A DNA stretch of 64,000 nt from the human T2T-CHM13v2.0 reference genome, Homo sapiens. Under the pieces are notes generated by a model. That model worked only from the letters and a program-made list of their open reading frames with translations. It was not told the DNA's origin and did not search any database. The DNA lies in NCBI RefSeq assembly GCF_009914755.1, contig NC_060928.1; one strand, given 5' to 3'. Below are positions 62,888-64,000 of this stretch, piece after piece (within the stretch, counting starts at the first letter, position 1; every line of letters begins with the position of its first letter). A program made the translations under genes and the position numbers.

Positions 62888-64000
62888 GGTGCCATGGTGG
62901 TTTGCTGCACCTATCAACCCATCATCTACATTAGATACTTCTCCTAATGCTATCCCTCCCCTAGCCCCCCACCCCATGACAGGCCCCGGTGTGTGATGTT
63001 CCCCTCCCTGGGTCCATGTGTTCTCATTGTTCAACTCCCACTTAAGAGTGAGAACATGCGGTGTTTGGTTTTCTGTTCTTGTGTTAGTTTGCTGAGAACA
63101 ATGGTTTCTAGCTTCATCCATGCCCCTGCAAAGGACATGAACTCATCCTTCTTTATGGCTGCATAGTATTCCATGGTGTATATGTGCCACAATTTCTTTA
63201 TCCAGTCTATCATTGATGGGGATTTGGGTTGGTTCCAAGTCTTTACTATTGTGAATAGTGCTGCAATAAACATACATGTGCATGTGTCTTTATAGTAGAG
63301 TGATTTATAATCCTTTGGGTATATACCCAGTAATGGGATTGCTGGGCCAAATGGTATTTCTGGTTCTAGATCTTTGAGGAATTTCCACACTGTCTTCCAC
63401 AATGGTTGAACTAATTTACACTCCCACCAACAGTGTAAAAGCATTCCTATTTCTCCACATCCTCTCCAGCATCTGTTGTTTCCTGACTTTTTAATGATCA
63501 CCCTTCTAACTGGAGTGAGATGGTATCTCACTGTGGTTTTGATTTGCATTTCTCTAAATGGTGTTGGGAAAACTGGCTAGCCATGTGCAGAAGACTGAAA
63601 CTGGACCCCTTCCTTATACCTTATACAAAAATTAACTCAAGATAGATTAAAGACTTAAACATAAGACCTAAAACCATAAAAACCCTAGAAGAAAACCTAG
63701 GCAATACAATTCAGGACGTAGGCATGGGCAAAGTCTTCATGACTAAAACACCAAAAGCAATGGCAACAAAAGCCAAAATTGATGAATGGGATCTAATTAA
63801 ACTAAAGAGCTTCTGCACAGCAAAAGAAATTATCATCAGAATGAACAGGTAACCTATAGAATGGGAGAAAATTTTTACAATCTATCCATCTGACAAAGGG
63901 CTAATATCCAGAATCTACAAAGAACTTAAAACAAATATACAAGAAAAAAACAGAAAAACCCATCAAAAAGTGGGTGAAGGATATGAACAGACACTTCTCA
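62888..64000 (-). mobile_element. L1PA with 5' inversion (minus 62888-63557; inverted plus segment from 63555 to the window end)
   Basis: Minus-strand ORF2 C-terminus (63031..63549) abuts plus-strand upstream ORF2 sequence; TAA microhomology at the junction. Confidence 0.92.

Overview
Primate (almost certainly human) genomic DNA containing the complete RASGEF1B gene on the minus strand. It has a CpG-island promoter and non-coding exon 1 near 47.5-47.6 kb and 13 coding exons from 35,202 down to the stop at 3,461. All introns are GT-AG, and the reconstructed protein is 473 aa (472 aa via a NAGNAG acceptor). The rest is intronic or upstream DNA dense in interspersed repeats: about 20 Alus including a human-specific AluYb8, a full-length but broken L1PA lying head-to-head with the promoter, a twin-primed L1, an ERV1 solo LTR, MER2/MER3/MER5/MER58 DNA-transposon relics, and a tailless U2 snRNA fragment. 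Nearly all ORFs in the supplied track are Alu/L1/chance artefacts. No prokaryotic-type systems (CRISPR, tRNA, rRNA) were seen. The most interesting signal is that exons 2-4, which form the reported circRASGEF1B, total 444 nt and make a stop-free in-frame closed ORF bracketed by an inverted AluSp pair. Other leads are a near-zero-spacer inverted Alu pair made by a young AluYb8, a circularly permuted local duplication, and an AP-1/GGAAA/AP-1 composite site in intron 4. Repeat subfamily names come from recalled consensus features, not alignments.
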